This document shows positions 29,401 to 38,956 of a stretch of 64,000 nucleotides of DNA, one piece after another. Position numbers and translations under genes: made by a program. Within the stretch, counting starts at the first letter, position 1, and every line of letters begins with the position of its first letter. The DNA is from a virus. Taxonomy: Duplodnaviria; Caudoviricetes. Location: IMG/VR virus record IMGVR_UViG_3300011113_000415. One strand, written 5' to 3'. The notes under the pieces are model-generated. The model saw only the letters and a program-made list of their open reading frames with translations. It searched no databases and had not been told where the DNA came from.

Positions 29401-32127
29401 ACTGGTAATATCACAAGTGTGGCCAACATTGCTGGTGGCAACTTGCTCACAGGCGGATTGATATCCGCAACTGGAACAGTAACAGGATCAACCTTGATTG
29501 GTTCAGTTGTGACCGCAAGTGGTAACATTACTGGCGGTAACGTATTAACAGGCGGATTGATTTCTGCAACCTCAACAATTACAAGTGCTGCCAACGTTAC
29601 TGGTGGCAATTTGGTCACAGGTGGACAAGTGTCTGCCACAGGTAATATCACAAGTGTGGCCAACATTGCTGGCGGCAACTTGCTGACAGGTGGGTTAGTA
29701 AGTGCTACTGCCAATGTGATTGGTGGTAATATTAACACTGGTGGCGTAATTAGTGCCACAGGTAATATCACAAGTGTGGCCAACATTGCTGGTGGTAATG
29801 TATTAACAGGTGGATTAGTATCAGCAACTGCTAACGTAATTGGTGGTAACCTGGTCACAGGTGGGCTAGCCACAGTCACCGGTAATATCACTGGTGGTAA
29901 TCTATTAACAGGTGGATTGATATCAGCCACAGCCAACGTCACCGGCGGTAACTTGGTCACAGGTGGTGTAATATCGGCCACTGGTAATATCACAAGTGTG
30001 GCCAACATTGCTGGTGGTAACTTGCTCACAGGTGGATTGATCAGTTCGACTGGCAACATTATTAGTGCCGCTAACGTGTCGGGTGGCAACATCTTAACAG
30101 GCGGGTTAATGTCCAGTACTGGTAATGCTGTACATGGTAATATTTCAACTGGTGGTGTAATATCAGCAACTGGCAACATCACAAGCGTGGCCAACATCGC
30201 TGGTGGTAATATTTTAACTGCTGGTCAAGTATCAGCAACTGGAAACGTTACAGGTAACTATATCCTTGGTAACGGTGCTTTCTTGACAGGTGTTATCACC
30301 TCAGTAGCCAATATCAACAACGGTACGTCAAATGTAAACATTGCCACAGCCAACGCCAACGTAACTGTAAGTGTTAACGGCACACCAAACGTGGTAGTAT
30401 TTGCCAACACTGGTGCTTATGTGACTGGACTTGTAAGCGTTAGTGGTAACATTACGTCAGCCGCCAACGTAAGCGGTGGTAACTTGCTCACAGGTGGATT
30501 GATAAGTGCAACTGCTAATATTACAGGTGGCAATCTGTTAACTGGTGGATTGATCAGTTCTACAGGAACTATTACAGGTTCAAGTCACTTGGGTAGCGTT
30601 GTATCGGTAACTGGTAACATCACTGGTGGTAATATTACCACAACCGGCCTAATCAGTACCACAGGCAACGTCGCTGGCGGCAACATACTCAGCAACAACT
30701 ATTTCTATGCCAATGGACAAGCCATTGTGTTTGGTGTAAACTATACTGCGGCTACAACACCTCCTTCAAGTCCTGCCAATGGATGGCAGTGGTACAACAC
30801 TTCAACAGACGTATTGTACGAATATCTAAGCGATGGCACAACACCATACTGGGTAGACATCTCAAGTCCTGCATTTGCAGGCGGCGTGGTAGCCAATGTG
30901 TCAATCACTGGCAGTTTGTTGGCTAATGCCAATGCCACATATGACATTGGTAGTTCAAGCCAAACATTCCGTAACGTTTATGCGCAGAACTATTATGGTA
31001 ACGGTGCTACACTTACTGGTATTATTACCAGTGTCAGCAACATCAACAACGGAACATCAAATGTCACAGTGGTAAGTTCAGGTGGTAACATTGCGGCATC
31101 AGTTGGTGGAACATCAAACGTGATGGTGATCAGTTCAGGTGCTGTGGCAATTACAGGTGATTTGAGTGTATCTGGCAACGCAAGTTTGACTGGTAATATT
31201 GTCGGCGATGCTATCTACAATGGTACAACTAGCATACAAATTCAAGCATCTGGTGGTAATGCCAACGTCACAGTTGGTGGAACATCAAACGTGGCTGTAT
31301 TTGCATCAGATAGATTGACCCTGGCCGGTAACTTGTTGCCAAGTGCCAACATCACATACGATTTAGGTACATCGACACAGCGTTGGAAAGATTTGTGGTT
31401 GAGCAACAGCACAATCTATCTGGGTAATGCTCAGATCAGTGCCAATGCCACAGCAGTCACAATTACTAACCCAGCAGGCGGAACCACAGTGTTACAAGGT
31501 GCTACTCCAAGTATCACAGGTAGTGTGGTCAGTGCAAGTGGTAACGTAACTGGTGGCAACATCTTAACTGGTGGATTGATATCAGCAGGTGGTAACATCA
31601 CCGGTGGTAACTTGACCACAGCGGGCATACTTACTGTAAACTCTGGTGGTGCCGCAACAGCCATTGTGAACGGCGCTGGCAATGCGGTGGGTAACATTGG
31701 AACATCGAGCACATACTTTAATAGATTGTTTGCTCAAGCAACCACAGCACTCTACGCTGACTTAGCAGAAAATTATGTAAGTGACGCCGACTACGCACCA
31801 GGCACGGTTTTAGATTTTGGTGGCAACCAAGAGGTTACACTAAGTACAGCGGATTCCAGCAAACGGGTTGCTGGTGTGGTTTCAACAAATCCGGCTCACT
31901 TGATGAACGCAGGCTTACAAGGTGAACATGTGGTCACAGTGGCCTTGATTGGTCGAGTACCAGTAAAGGTTTCAGGAACTGTACGCAAAGGAGATGCCAT
32001 GGTATCTGATGGTGCTGGTGGTGCGCGAGCCGAAGCCGATCCTGGTGTGGGTACCTTGATTGGCAAGGCGTTACAAGACTTTGATGGTGATAAGGGCACA
32101 ATTGAAATCGTAATTGGCAAGCACTAA
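26482..32127 (+). CDS. Giant repeat-rich tail fibre with C-terminal Peptidase_G2 / intramolecular chaperone-like domain
   Basis: 1881 aa with ATGNITGGNLLTGGLIS-type repeats and DAATKEYVD. C-terminal ADLAENY...PGTV...AGVVSTNPAHLMN...VALIGRVPVKV. Confidence 0.8.
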   Translation: MSFPVSPTNGQVTVVNQVSYQYSSATNSWTRILSTANIITANTVAVNGALTVGTTIVANGNITGSYFIGNGSQLTGVTATSAGFPITSGTSNIAAPVANGNIAITVGGTANVAVFATTGEYITGLLSVSGNVNGGNLNTVGLVTATGNIQGGNLVTGGLVSATGTVTGSTLIGSVVTASGNVVGGNINTGGVISATGNITSVANIAGGNLLTAGQVSATGNATFGNISTSGSGGNISGANVISGTTLSATANVVGGNINTGGLVTATGNITGGNVLTAGQVSATGNVTGNYILGNGYFLTGVITSVANINNGNSNVSIYTAGGNVAVSVGNVANVAVFTTAGELISGLLSVSGNVTGGNVLTGGLVSATANVTGGNLLTGGLISATSTITSAANITGGNVLTGGLVSATGTVTGSTLIGTVVTATGNIVGGNINTGGVISATGNITSVANIAGGNLLTGGLVSATANVTGGNLVTGGQVSATGNITSVANIAGGNILTGGLVSATANITSAANVNANNVMATTIVNAPSLTGTIVSVTGNVTGGNVNTGGVISATGNITSVANIAGGNILTGGLVSATANITGGNLLTGGLISATSTITSATTITGGNLATGGYASATGNVTGGNINTGGLVTATGNVVGGNISTSGVVTAAGNVFGNNIFATTSVSTAGNVIAGNVNTSTIRPTSGALTISTGTGAINLNPAGNIVLSANTYINNLASPVQNADAATKEYVDNFATTGISYHQPVYVATTANLATTTGGTITYTQPNGAANGVGAKLTTTTSFNLIDTGNVQTIGTRILVKDEGNAVYNGVYTWANATNIVRSTDTDEYGADSANAFSINDYFFTTNGNVNAGTAFVVSAPAGTITFGTSNITFSTFSTSQVYSANTSAGLSLTGTVFSAKVDNTTTAFDGTGNIIVKASAQLTTPNIGAATGTSLNVTANVDAGNLRTGGLVSATGNVTGGNITTGGQVTATGNITSVANIAGGNLLTGGLISATGTVTGSTLIGSVVTASGNITGGNVLTGGLISATSTITSAANVTGGNLVTGGQVSATGNITSVANIAGGNLLTGGLVSATANVIGGNINTGGVISATGNITSVANIAGGNVLTGGLVSATANVIGGNLVTGGLATVTGNITGGNLLTGGLISATANVTGGNLVTGGVISATGNITSVANIAGGNLLTGGLISSTGNIISAANVSGGNILTGGLMSSTGNAVHGNISTGGVISATGNITSVANIAGGNILTAGQVSATGNVTGNYILGNGAFLTGVITSVANINNGTSNVNIATANANVTVSVNGTPNVVVFANTGAYVTGLVSVSGNITSAANVSGGNLLTGGLISATANITGGNLLTGGLISSTGTITGSSHLGSVVSVTGNITGGNITTTGLISTTGNVAGGNILSNNYFYANGQAIVFGVNYTAATTPPSSPANGWQWYNTSTDVLYEYLSDGTTPYWVDISSPAFAGGVVANVSITGSLLANANATYDIGSSSQTFRNVYAQNYYGNGATLTGIITSVSNINNGTSNVTVVSSGGNIAASVGGTSNVMVISSGAVAITGDLSVSGNASLTGNIVGDAIYNGTTSIQIQASGGNANVTVGGTSNVAVFASDRLTLAGNLLPSANITYDLGTSTQRWKDLWLSNSTIYLGNAQISANATAVTITNPAGGTTVLQGATPSITGSVVSASGNVTGGNILTGGLISAGGNITGGNLTTAGILTVNSGGAATAIVNGAGNAVGNIGTSSTYFNRLFAQATTALYADLAENYVSDADYAPGTVLDFGGNQEVTLSTADSSKRVAGVVSTNPAHLMNAGLQGEHVVTVALIGRVPVKVSGTVRKGDAMVSDGAGGARAEADPGVGTLIGKALQDFDGDKGTIEIVIGKH

Positions 32128-32137
32128 AGGATAGAGA

Positions 32138-35100
32138 ATGGCCTTTCCAGTATCGCCGACGAACGGCCAAACTGCTGTTGTTAACAACATAACATACCAG
32201 TTTTCCAACGTGGGCAACACGTGGACACGCATACTGTCTACAGCCAATATCATCACAGCCAATACCTTGGCCTCAAACGGCTACATCTCGGCTGTTGGCA
32301 ATATCATAACCGGCAACTATTTCATAGGTAACGGATCGTTGCTGACTGGAATAACATTAAATCCAGGAAACATCTCTAACGGTACTTCAAACGTCACTGT
32401 TGTGAGTTCAGGTGGCAACGTCACTGTGGGTGTGGGCGGAACAGGCAATGTAGCAGTGTTTGCCACTACAGGCGAGTATGTAACAGGTGTAGTATCAGCG
32501 TCGGGCAACATCACCGGCGGTAATATTTTAACAGCGGGATTGGTAAGTGTAACTGGTACACTGAGTGTGACTGGTGCCACAACATTAGGCACAGCCAGCA
32601 CAGGTAACTTGTCAGCAGGCAATGTGACCACAGGCGGTTTAGTAAGTGCCGCAGGCAATGTCACTGGTGGTAATTTATTAACGGCTGGACTAATCAGTTC
32701 TACAGGCACAATCACAGGATCAAGTCACTTGGGCGCAGTGGTCAGTGTCACTGCCAATGTCACTGGCGGTAACATCTTAACTGCTGGATTGATATCAGCC
32801 ACCGGCACCATCACTTCAGCAGCCAACGTGTTGGGTGGCAACTTAACCACGGCAGGGTTGGTCACGGCAACTGGTAATGTTACAGGTGGAAACATAATCA
32901 CAGGCGGATTAGTATCAGCAACTGCCAACGTAACTGGTGGTAATATCGTAACTGCAGGGTTGATATCAGCCACTGGCACTATCACTTCAGCAGCCAACGT
33001 GTCGGGTGGCAATCTTACCACAGCAGGTTTGGTCACAGCAACTGGTAACATTATTGGCGGCAATTTAACCACGGCTGGATTGATCACTGCCACAGGTAAT
33101 ATCACCGGTGGCAACATATTAACAAGTGGATTGATATCAGCCACTGGCAACGTGCAAGGCGGTAATCTTGTATTGACCACTGGTGCTTTGACTTTAAGCA
33201 ACGTAAACGTAACTTCTAGCACATCAGCAATTCAGGGTTGGAGTTACGCCAACGTCAGTTTATCTATCTCAGCGTCAGAAGGTACGTCTACTGGTTTGTT
33301 CTTTGGCAACTCTGGATCAAGTTTTTATGTAGTTGGAACCACAAACGATCGTGTTTATCAATACAACATGAGCACTACCAACATGGCCAACACTGGCACT
33401 GTGTTTGGCAACGTAAGCGTAACCACACAAGATGGTACACCAGCCGATTTGTTTATTGACAGTACTGGTGCCAACATGTATATGTTGGGATCTACCAATA
33501 GAGTTGTATATCAATACACACTGTCATCGCCGTGGAATATTACCACAGCATCTTATGCTACGCTAAGTGCCAACATCAGTGCTCAAGAAGCAACACCAAC
33601 TGGTGTATGGTTCAAGCCCGACCTTACAACCATGTATTTGGTTGGTACGACTAACTCAACAGTTTATCAATACACACTGACAACGCCAGGTAACATAGCA
33701 ACCGCTGCCTACGCAACTAAATCAGTGTCGGTATCTACAGCAACTACACCACACGCTGTAAATTTAAGCAGCGACGGTGCCAAGATGTGGGTTCTAAGTC
33801 AATCCGTTCCAGCGGTGTATGAATGGAACCTGGCTACTCCTTGGGATATCAGCACAGCAACTCACTCATTGGGCAACAGTTTTGGTATTCTTCCGCAAGA
33901 AGGCACACCTACTGGTATGTATGTTGACCTGGCAAATACCAAGGCATGGGTAGTTGGATCGGCTAGTGATGCAGTATTTCAATACAACACAGCAAACTCA
34001 ATCATTGCTCAAGCCAATGCAGTGGGTATTCAAGGACAATTGGCGGTTCAGGGCAATGCTTGGTTTGGTCAACAAGTACAATTTGGTGGTGCAGTTCGAG
34101 CAGAAACCACACTAACTGTTGACTCATCATTTTCAGCCGGTAGCACCTCGACTTTTTCGACCACAACTGGCACCATTGGTATTGGCACTAGCCAAACCAC
34201 AGGAACCACAACCATTGGCGGCACTGCACAAACTGGTAATATTTTGATAGGCCAGAGCACTGCCACACAAATTTTAAACATTGGCACAGGTGCAGTCTCT
34301 AGCGCCAACACCAAGAGTATTAATATAGCAGCCAACGGTGTTGCAAACTCTGTCAGTAACGTGACTATTTTCAGTAACGTAGCCGGTAATAGCACAATGA
34401 CCATTGGCGCAAACACTGGCAACACCACGGTGAGTCTCACTGGTAACACCATAGTTGCCATTGCCAACACATCGGGCTCAGCACTCAGCGTAGCAGGTAA
34501 TATCACAGGTGGTAACATATCTACTGCTGGATTACTGTCAGCCACAGCCAACGTTACTGGCGGTAATTTACTAACTGCTGGACTGATTTCTGCCACAGCC
34601 AATATTACAGGTGGTAACGTACTATTTGGTGCAGGCGTAGTGTCAGGTACCGGTAACATCTATGGTGGCAACATATCTGGCACCATCATAGCCAGTTCAT
34701 TCTCTACCGCTGGCAATATCACCGGTGGCAATTTGCTAACAGGTGGTCTTGTATCAGCCACATCAACAATCACCTCGGCTGCCAATATCACTGGTGGTAA
34801 CTTGCTCACAGGTGGACTTGTGTCAGCCACTGGCAACGTCACTGGTGGTAACTTGCTCACAGGTGGACTGATCAGCGCCACTTCGACTATAACTTCAGCA
34901 GCCAACATCACTGGTGGCAACATCTTGACAGGTGGATTGATCAGTGCCACAGCCAACGTTGTGGCCAACAACGGTATGTTCACTAACATTGTGAACACAG
35001 CAAGTTTCACTGGATCAGTGGCATCACTAAGTGGTAACGTAACAGGTGGCAATCTACTAACTGCTGGTCTGGTATCAGCCACCAGTACTATCACAAGTTC

Positions 35101-36604
35101 GGCAAACATCACAGGCGGTAATCTACTAACTGCTGGCCTGGCCAGTGTTACAGGTAACGTGATCGCTGGCAACGTCAACACCGCCACTGTTAGACCCACA
35201 AGCGGCGCATTGACTCTAAGTACAGCATCGGGTGCTATCAACTTGAACCCAGCCGGTAACATTGTTCTAAGTGCCAACACCTATATCAACAACTTGAACA
35301 GTCCAGTTCAGGATGCAGATGCTGCCACCAAGGCCTATGTTGACAACTTTGCGGCACAAGGCATTTCATACCACTCACCAGTGAGCGCAGCCACCACAAC
35401 CACTTTGGCCACAACCACAGGTGGTACAATCACTTACACACAGCCTAACGGGGCGTCAAATGGTATTGGTGCATATCTAAGTACTACAGGTAGTTTCAAC
35501 TTGATTGACACAGTAAACGTTCAGACTGCAGGAACCCGTATTCTTGTCAAGAACGAAGGCAACGCTGTATACAATGGCGTGTACACTTGGTCAAATGCCA
35601 CTGCTATTGTACGTTCAACTGACACAGATGAATATGGTGCAAATAGTTCAGAACAGTTGAGTCTGAATGACTATTTCTTTGTGTCAAATGGTAATGTCAA
35701 CGTTGGCAGTGCTTATGTTGTTAACGCACCCACAGGTACAATCACATTTGGTACTTCAAACATCACGTTTGCCCAGTTCAGTTCAAGCCAAGTCTACACG
35801 GCCAATGGTTCAGCAGGTTTGAGTTTAACCGGTACTGTATTTTCGGCCAAAGTAGACAACACAACCACAGCCTTTGATGGCACAGGTAACATTATTGTCA
35901 AAGCCAGTGCTAACTTGACCACACCCAACATTGGTGCCGCAACAGGCACAAGTTTGAGTGTCACAGGTAATGTCACAAGCGGTAACGTCAACACCGGGGG
36001 CGTAATTACAGCAACTGGTAATGTAACTGGTGGTAACATCCTGACAGGTGGATTATTGTCTGCTACAGCAAACGTAACCGGTGGCAATCTGTTAACAGGC
36101 GGGTTGATTAGTGCCGCTGGTTCTATTACCACAGGCGGTGATCATAGCCTAACAGGTAACATCGTTGACACTGGTACTCTTTGGATCAACACCAGCAGTA
36201 ACGGCAACATCAACTTAAATCCCAATGGCACTGGACAGACCAATATACCAGTGGGCATACTCAGCGTTACTGCTAACATTTCTGGTGGTAATCTATTAAC
36301 ACCGGGCCTAGTTAGTGCCGCTGGTACCATAACTGGCTCGAGTCACCTAGGATCAGTAGTTTCAGTAACAGCCAACATTACTGGTGGCAATTTGCTCACA
36401 GGTGGGTTGATAAGTGCCACAGCCAACATCACAGGCGGTAACATTATCACTGCCGGCTTGATCACAGCATCAGGCAATGTGAACGTGCTGGCCAACGTGA
36501 ACATTGGTAATGCTAATTCAGTGACCTGGGCCAATGCATCAGGTATAAGAGTGTACACATATTATAACAACAGCGCCACAAGTTTAGACACGGTGTTCTT
36601 ATAA
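32138..36604 (+). CDS. Giant repeat-rich tail fibre with internal beta-propeller-like region
   Basis: 1488 aa. FPVSPTNGQ N-terminus shared with the 26482 gene. Repeated GxxF..DG..MY.VG....VYQY blades at about 33240-34000. Confidence 0.8.
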   Translation: MAFPVSPTNGQTAVVNNITYQFSNVGNTWTRILSTANIITANTLASNGYISAVGNIITGNYFIGNGSLLTGITLNPGNISNGTSNVTVVSSGGNVTVGVGGTGNVAVFATTGEYVTGVVSASGNITGGNILTAGLVSVTGTLSVTGATTLGTASTGNLSAGNVTTGGLVSAAGNVTGGNLLTAGLISSTGTITGSSHLGAVVSVTANVTGGNILTAGLISATGTITSAANVLGGNLTTAGLVTATGNVTGGNIITGGLVSATANVTGGNIVTAGLISATGTITSAANVSGGNLTTAGLVTATGNIIGGNLTTAGLITATGNITGGNILTSGLISATGNVQGGNLVLTTGALTLSNVNVTSSTSAIQGWSYANVSLSISASEGTSTGLFFGNSGSSFYVVGTTNDRVYQYNMSTTNMANTGTVFGNVSVTTQDGTPADLFIDSTGANMYMLGSTNRVVYQYTLSSPWNITTASYATLSANISAQEATPTGVWFKPDLTTMYLVGTTNSTVYQYTLTTPGNIATAAYATKSVSVSTATTPHAVNLSSDGAKMWVLSQSVPAVYEWNLATPWDISTATHSLGNSFGILPQEGTPTGMYVDLANTKAWVVGSASDAVFQYNTANSIIAQANAVGIQGQLAVQGNAWFGQQVQFGGAVRAETTLTVDSSFSAGSTSTFSTTTGTIGIGTSQTTGTTTIGGTAQTGNILIGQSTATQILNIGTGAVSSANTKSINIAANGVANSVSNVTIFSNVAGNSTMTIGANTGNTTVSLTGNTIVAIANTSGSALSVAGNITGGNISTAGLLSATANVTGGNLLTAGLISATANITGGNVLFGAGVVSGTGNIYGGNISGTIIASSFSTAGNITGGNLLTGGLVSATSTITSAANITGGNLLTGGLVSATGNVTGGNLLTGGLISATSTITSAANITGGNILTGGLISATANVVANNGMFTNIVNTASFTGSVASLSGNVTGGNLLTAGLVSATSTITSSANITGGNLLTAGLASVTGNVIAGNVNTATVRPTSGALTLSTASGAINLNPAGNIVLSANTYINNLNSPVQDADAATKAYVDNFAAQGISYHSPVSAATTTTLATTTGGTITYTQPNGASNGIGAYLSTTGSFNLIDTVNVQTAGTRILVKNEGNAVYNGVYTWSNATAIVRSTDTDEYGANSSEQLSLNDYFFVSNGNVNVGSAYVVNAPTGTITFGTSNITFAQFSSSQVYTANGSAGLSLTGTVFSAKVDNTTTAFDGTGNIIVKASANLTTPNIGAATGTSLSVTGNVTSGNVNTGGVITATGNVTGGNILTGGLLSATANVTGGNLLTGGLISAAGSITTGGDHSLTGNIVDTGTLWINTSSNGNINLNPNGTGQTNIPVGILSVTANISGGNLLTPGLVSAAGTITGSSHLGSVVSVTANITGGNLLTGGLISATANITGGNIITAGLITASGNVNVLANVNIGNANSVTWANASGIRVYTYYNNSATSLDTVFL

Positions 36605-36605
36605 A

Positions 36606-38120
36606 ATGCCAATAGCAACTAGACTCACCAATACAGGAACATTATTGGTCAACGGCTCGTTTGACGAGAATACCTCAATCACTCCTGCAAAATTTCGCAC
36701 AACATCAACCACGGTGTATGCTGGCACATTGGATGAGGCCAGCCTGACCGCAGGTGCTATTAGTTTCAATGGAACTAGTCAGTATTTGACTGCTACAAGT
36801 CCGAACTTATCCGGAACTTGGACAGTAGAGATGTGGTGTTACTGGACAACCGGAGCAACACAAACCACTATAGTTAGTTTTAACAATGGTAGTAATAGTG
36901 GAATTAATTTGTGGAAAAACTCATCTAATCAACTGGTAGCCGACGATGGAGTAAATGGTGTGACGCCAATGTCCACAGTCACTCCCACAATAAATGCATG
37001 GAACCATATTGCGTTTGTTAGAGTCGGAACAACCACAAGTGGCTATGTAAATGGAGTATTGGCCGGAACAACCACTTATACTCCAGGAACAACATCCGTG
37101 ATTAGTGTGGGTCGATATAATGGTACTCCTTTTTATTATTTTCCAGGATATATTTCCAATCTTCGAGTGGTCAATGGAACAGCAGTTTACACAGCCGCAT
37201 TTACTCCACCACAGTCAATACTACCTGCTATATCAGGAACAAGTTTTCTGTTGAATGTAGTTAACTCCGCAAACTTTATTCAAGACAACAGCCCAAATGC
37301 ATATACCGTAACCAACAACGGTACGGCTACCTGGACTGCTACTGGCCCATTCAATCAAGGTTCTACCACATTAAAACAACGACTAGTCAATGACGGCACT
37401 CAGGAAGTGTACACTCAATTTGATGAATTTACGGGAGCACCAGTTGTTAATACCAATTTGATGGTTTGGGTAGATGCCGGACAAACAGCCAGTTATTCAG
37501 GTTCGGGTACCACTTGGACTGATCTTAGTGGTAATGGTAAAACTTATACTTTAGGCAACTCGCCAACTTTTAATTCAATCACCGGCGGCGGAGTTATAAC
37601 ATTTGCTGGAGCCAGCAGTCAGTATGCCACCACAGCCTCTACACTGTTCAACTCCACCACAACCAATACCTACAGCATGAACATTTGGGTTTATCCTACA
37701 GGTGCTGGCCAGATTGTACAAGTGGATGGACAATCAACTCCCAACACCGGATATCATTATACTGCCCTAGAAATTACTGCGGCAGGATTGATATATTTCG
37801 GACAATGGACCGGCACAAACTCTGTGATTGCCACAAGTTCTCAGAGTTTAAATGCCTGGTACAACCTGGCGATCACTTATGATGGAAACACAGCCACAGC
37901 CTATGTCAATGGAACCAGCGTAGGATCTAGTACTATTGCATGGAGTGCTCCAGGCGCTAGTACATTTTTTGGTTTAATGGCGCAGGATGGTACCAATATG
38001 ACTGGCACAGCGGCCTATGCCAGCGGTAGTATTGGTGCGTTTATGGTGTATAACCGTGCTTTAACTGCAGATGAAGTCACAACAAATTTCAACGCTCTGC
38101 GAAACAGATACGGTAGATAA
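36606..38120 (+). CDS. LamG/concanavalin A-like domain virion protein (two lectin-like domains)
   Basis: WTVEMW, WNHIAFVR...YVNG...GYISNLRVVNG and WYNLAITYDG...YVNG...VYNRALTADEVTTNFNALRNRYG. Confidence 0.8.
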   Translation: MPIATRLTNTGTLLVNGSFDENTSITPAKFRTTSTTVYAGTLDEASLTAGAISFNGTSQYLTATSPNLSGTWTVEMWCYWTTGATQTTIVSFNNGSNSGINLWKNSSNQLVADDGVNGVTPMSTVTPTINAWNHIAFVRVGTTTSGYVNGVLAGTTTYTPGTTSVISVGRYNGTPFYYFPGYISNLRVVNGTAVYTAAFTPPQSILPAISGTSFLLNVVNSANFIQDNSPNAYTVTNNGTATWTATGPFNQGSTTLKQRLVNDGTQEVYTQFDEFTGAPVVNTNLMVWVDAGQTASYSGSGTTWTDLSGNGKTYTLGNSPTFNSITGGGVITFAGASSQYATTASTLFNSTTTNTYSMNIWVYPTGAGQIVQVDGQSTPNTGYHYTALEITAAGLIYFGQWTGTNSVIATSSQSLNAWYNLAITYDGNTATAYVNGTSVGSSTIAWSAPGASTFFGLMAQDGTNMTGTAAYASGSIGAFMVYNRALTADEVTTNFNALRNRYGR

Positions 38121-38127
38121 CTTGCGG

Positions 38128-38133
38128 TAAATA
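38128..38133 (+). promoter_or_regulatory. Late promoter TAAATA
   Basis: GCGGTAAATA-tacaact-ATG(38141). Confidence 0.65.
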
Positions 38134-38140
38134 TACAACT

Positions 38141-38935
38141 ATGGCCAAACTCAACTCCGGAACCAGAATTTATGGCAACGTTACAATAGATACGTTTGTC
38201 ACAGCCACAGGCAACGTGATTGGTGGTAACGTATTGACTGGTGGATTAATATCAGCCACATCAACAATCACAAGTGCTGCCAATATCACTGGTGGCAACA
38301 TCTTGACTGGTGGATTAATCAGTTCAACTGGCACTATTACAGGTTCAAGTCATCTTGGTTCTGTAGTGTCAGTAACTGCCAATGTCACTGGTGGCAACGT
38401 GTTAACAGCAGGATTGATTTCTGCCACATCAACAATCACCTCAGCAGCCAACGTGATTGGTGGAAATATTACCACAACTGGTGTAGTCACAGCAACTGGT
38501 AATATCACAGGTGGCAATGTTTTAACTGGCGGGTTGGTCAGTGCCACTGCTAACGTTGCAGGTGGAAATCTTACAACAGTTGGGCAAATTTCAGCAACTG
38601 GTAATATCACTGGTAATTATTACATTGGAAATGGTGCGTTCTTAACTGGACTCAACGTAGGTGCAGCCAGCCAAATTGCCAACGGTGCTACGACTATCAG
38701 TATCCCCCAGGCTTCGGGCAATATTACTTTCAATGTGGCGGGTGCGTCAAATACTGTGGTTATAAACCTGGGCAGTTTGACCATGTACGGCACATTTGCG
38801 GGACCAAAAACGCTGAACGCTAACGTGTCGGTGGCAGATTCAGTAAATGCCCTGCTGTTGGGCCCTGTTACTCTGGCAAATAACTACAACATCACAGTGC
38901 CCGATACATCAACGCTGTATGTTTTTGCACCATAA
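38141..38935 (+). CDS. Short repeat-containing fibre protein
   Basis: MAKLNSGTRIYG then the same GGN repeat units. Confidence 0.75.
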   Translation: MAKLNSGTRIYGNVTIDTFVTATGNVIGGNVLTGGLISATSTITSAANITGGNILTGGLISSTGTITGSSHLGSVVSVTANVTGGNVLTAGLISATSTITSAANVIGGNITTTGVVTATGNITGGNVLTGGLVSATANVAGGNLTTVGQISATGNITGNYYIGNGAFLTGLNVGAASQIANGATTISIPQASGNITFNVAGASNTVVINLGSLTMYGTFAGPKTLNANVSVADSVNALLLGPVTLANNYNITVPDTSTLYVFAP

Positions 38936-38938
38936 ATA
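38933..38938 (+). promoter_or_regulatory. Late promoter TAAATA (overlaps the previous stop codon)
   Basis: CCATAAATAC-agccaggaatagaattt-ATG(38957). Confidence 0.55.
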
Positions 38939-38956
38939 CAGCCAGGAATAGAATTT

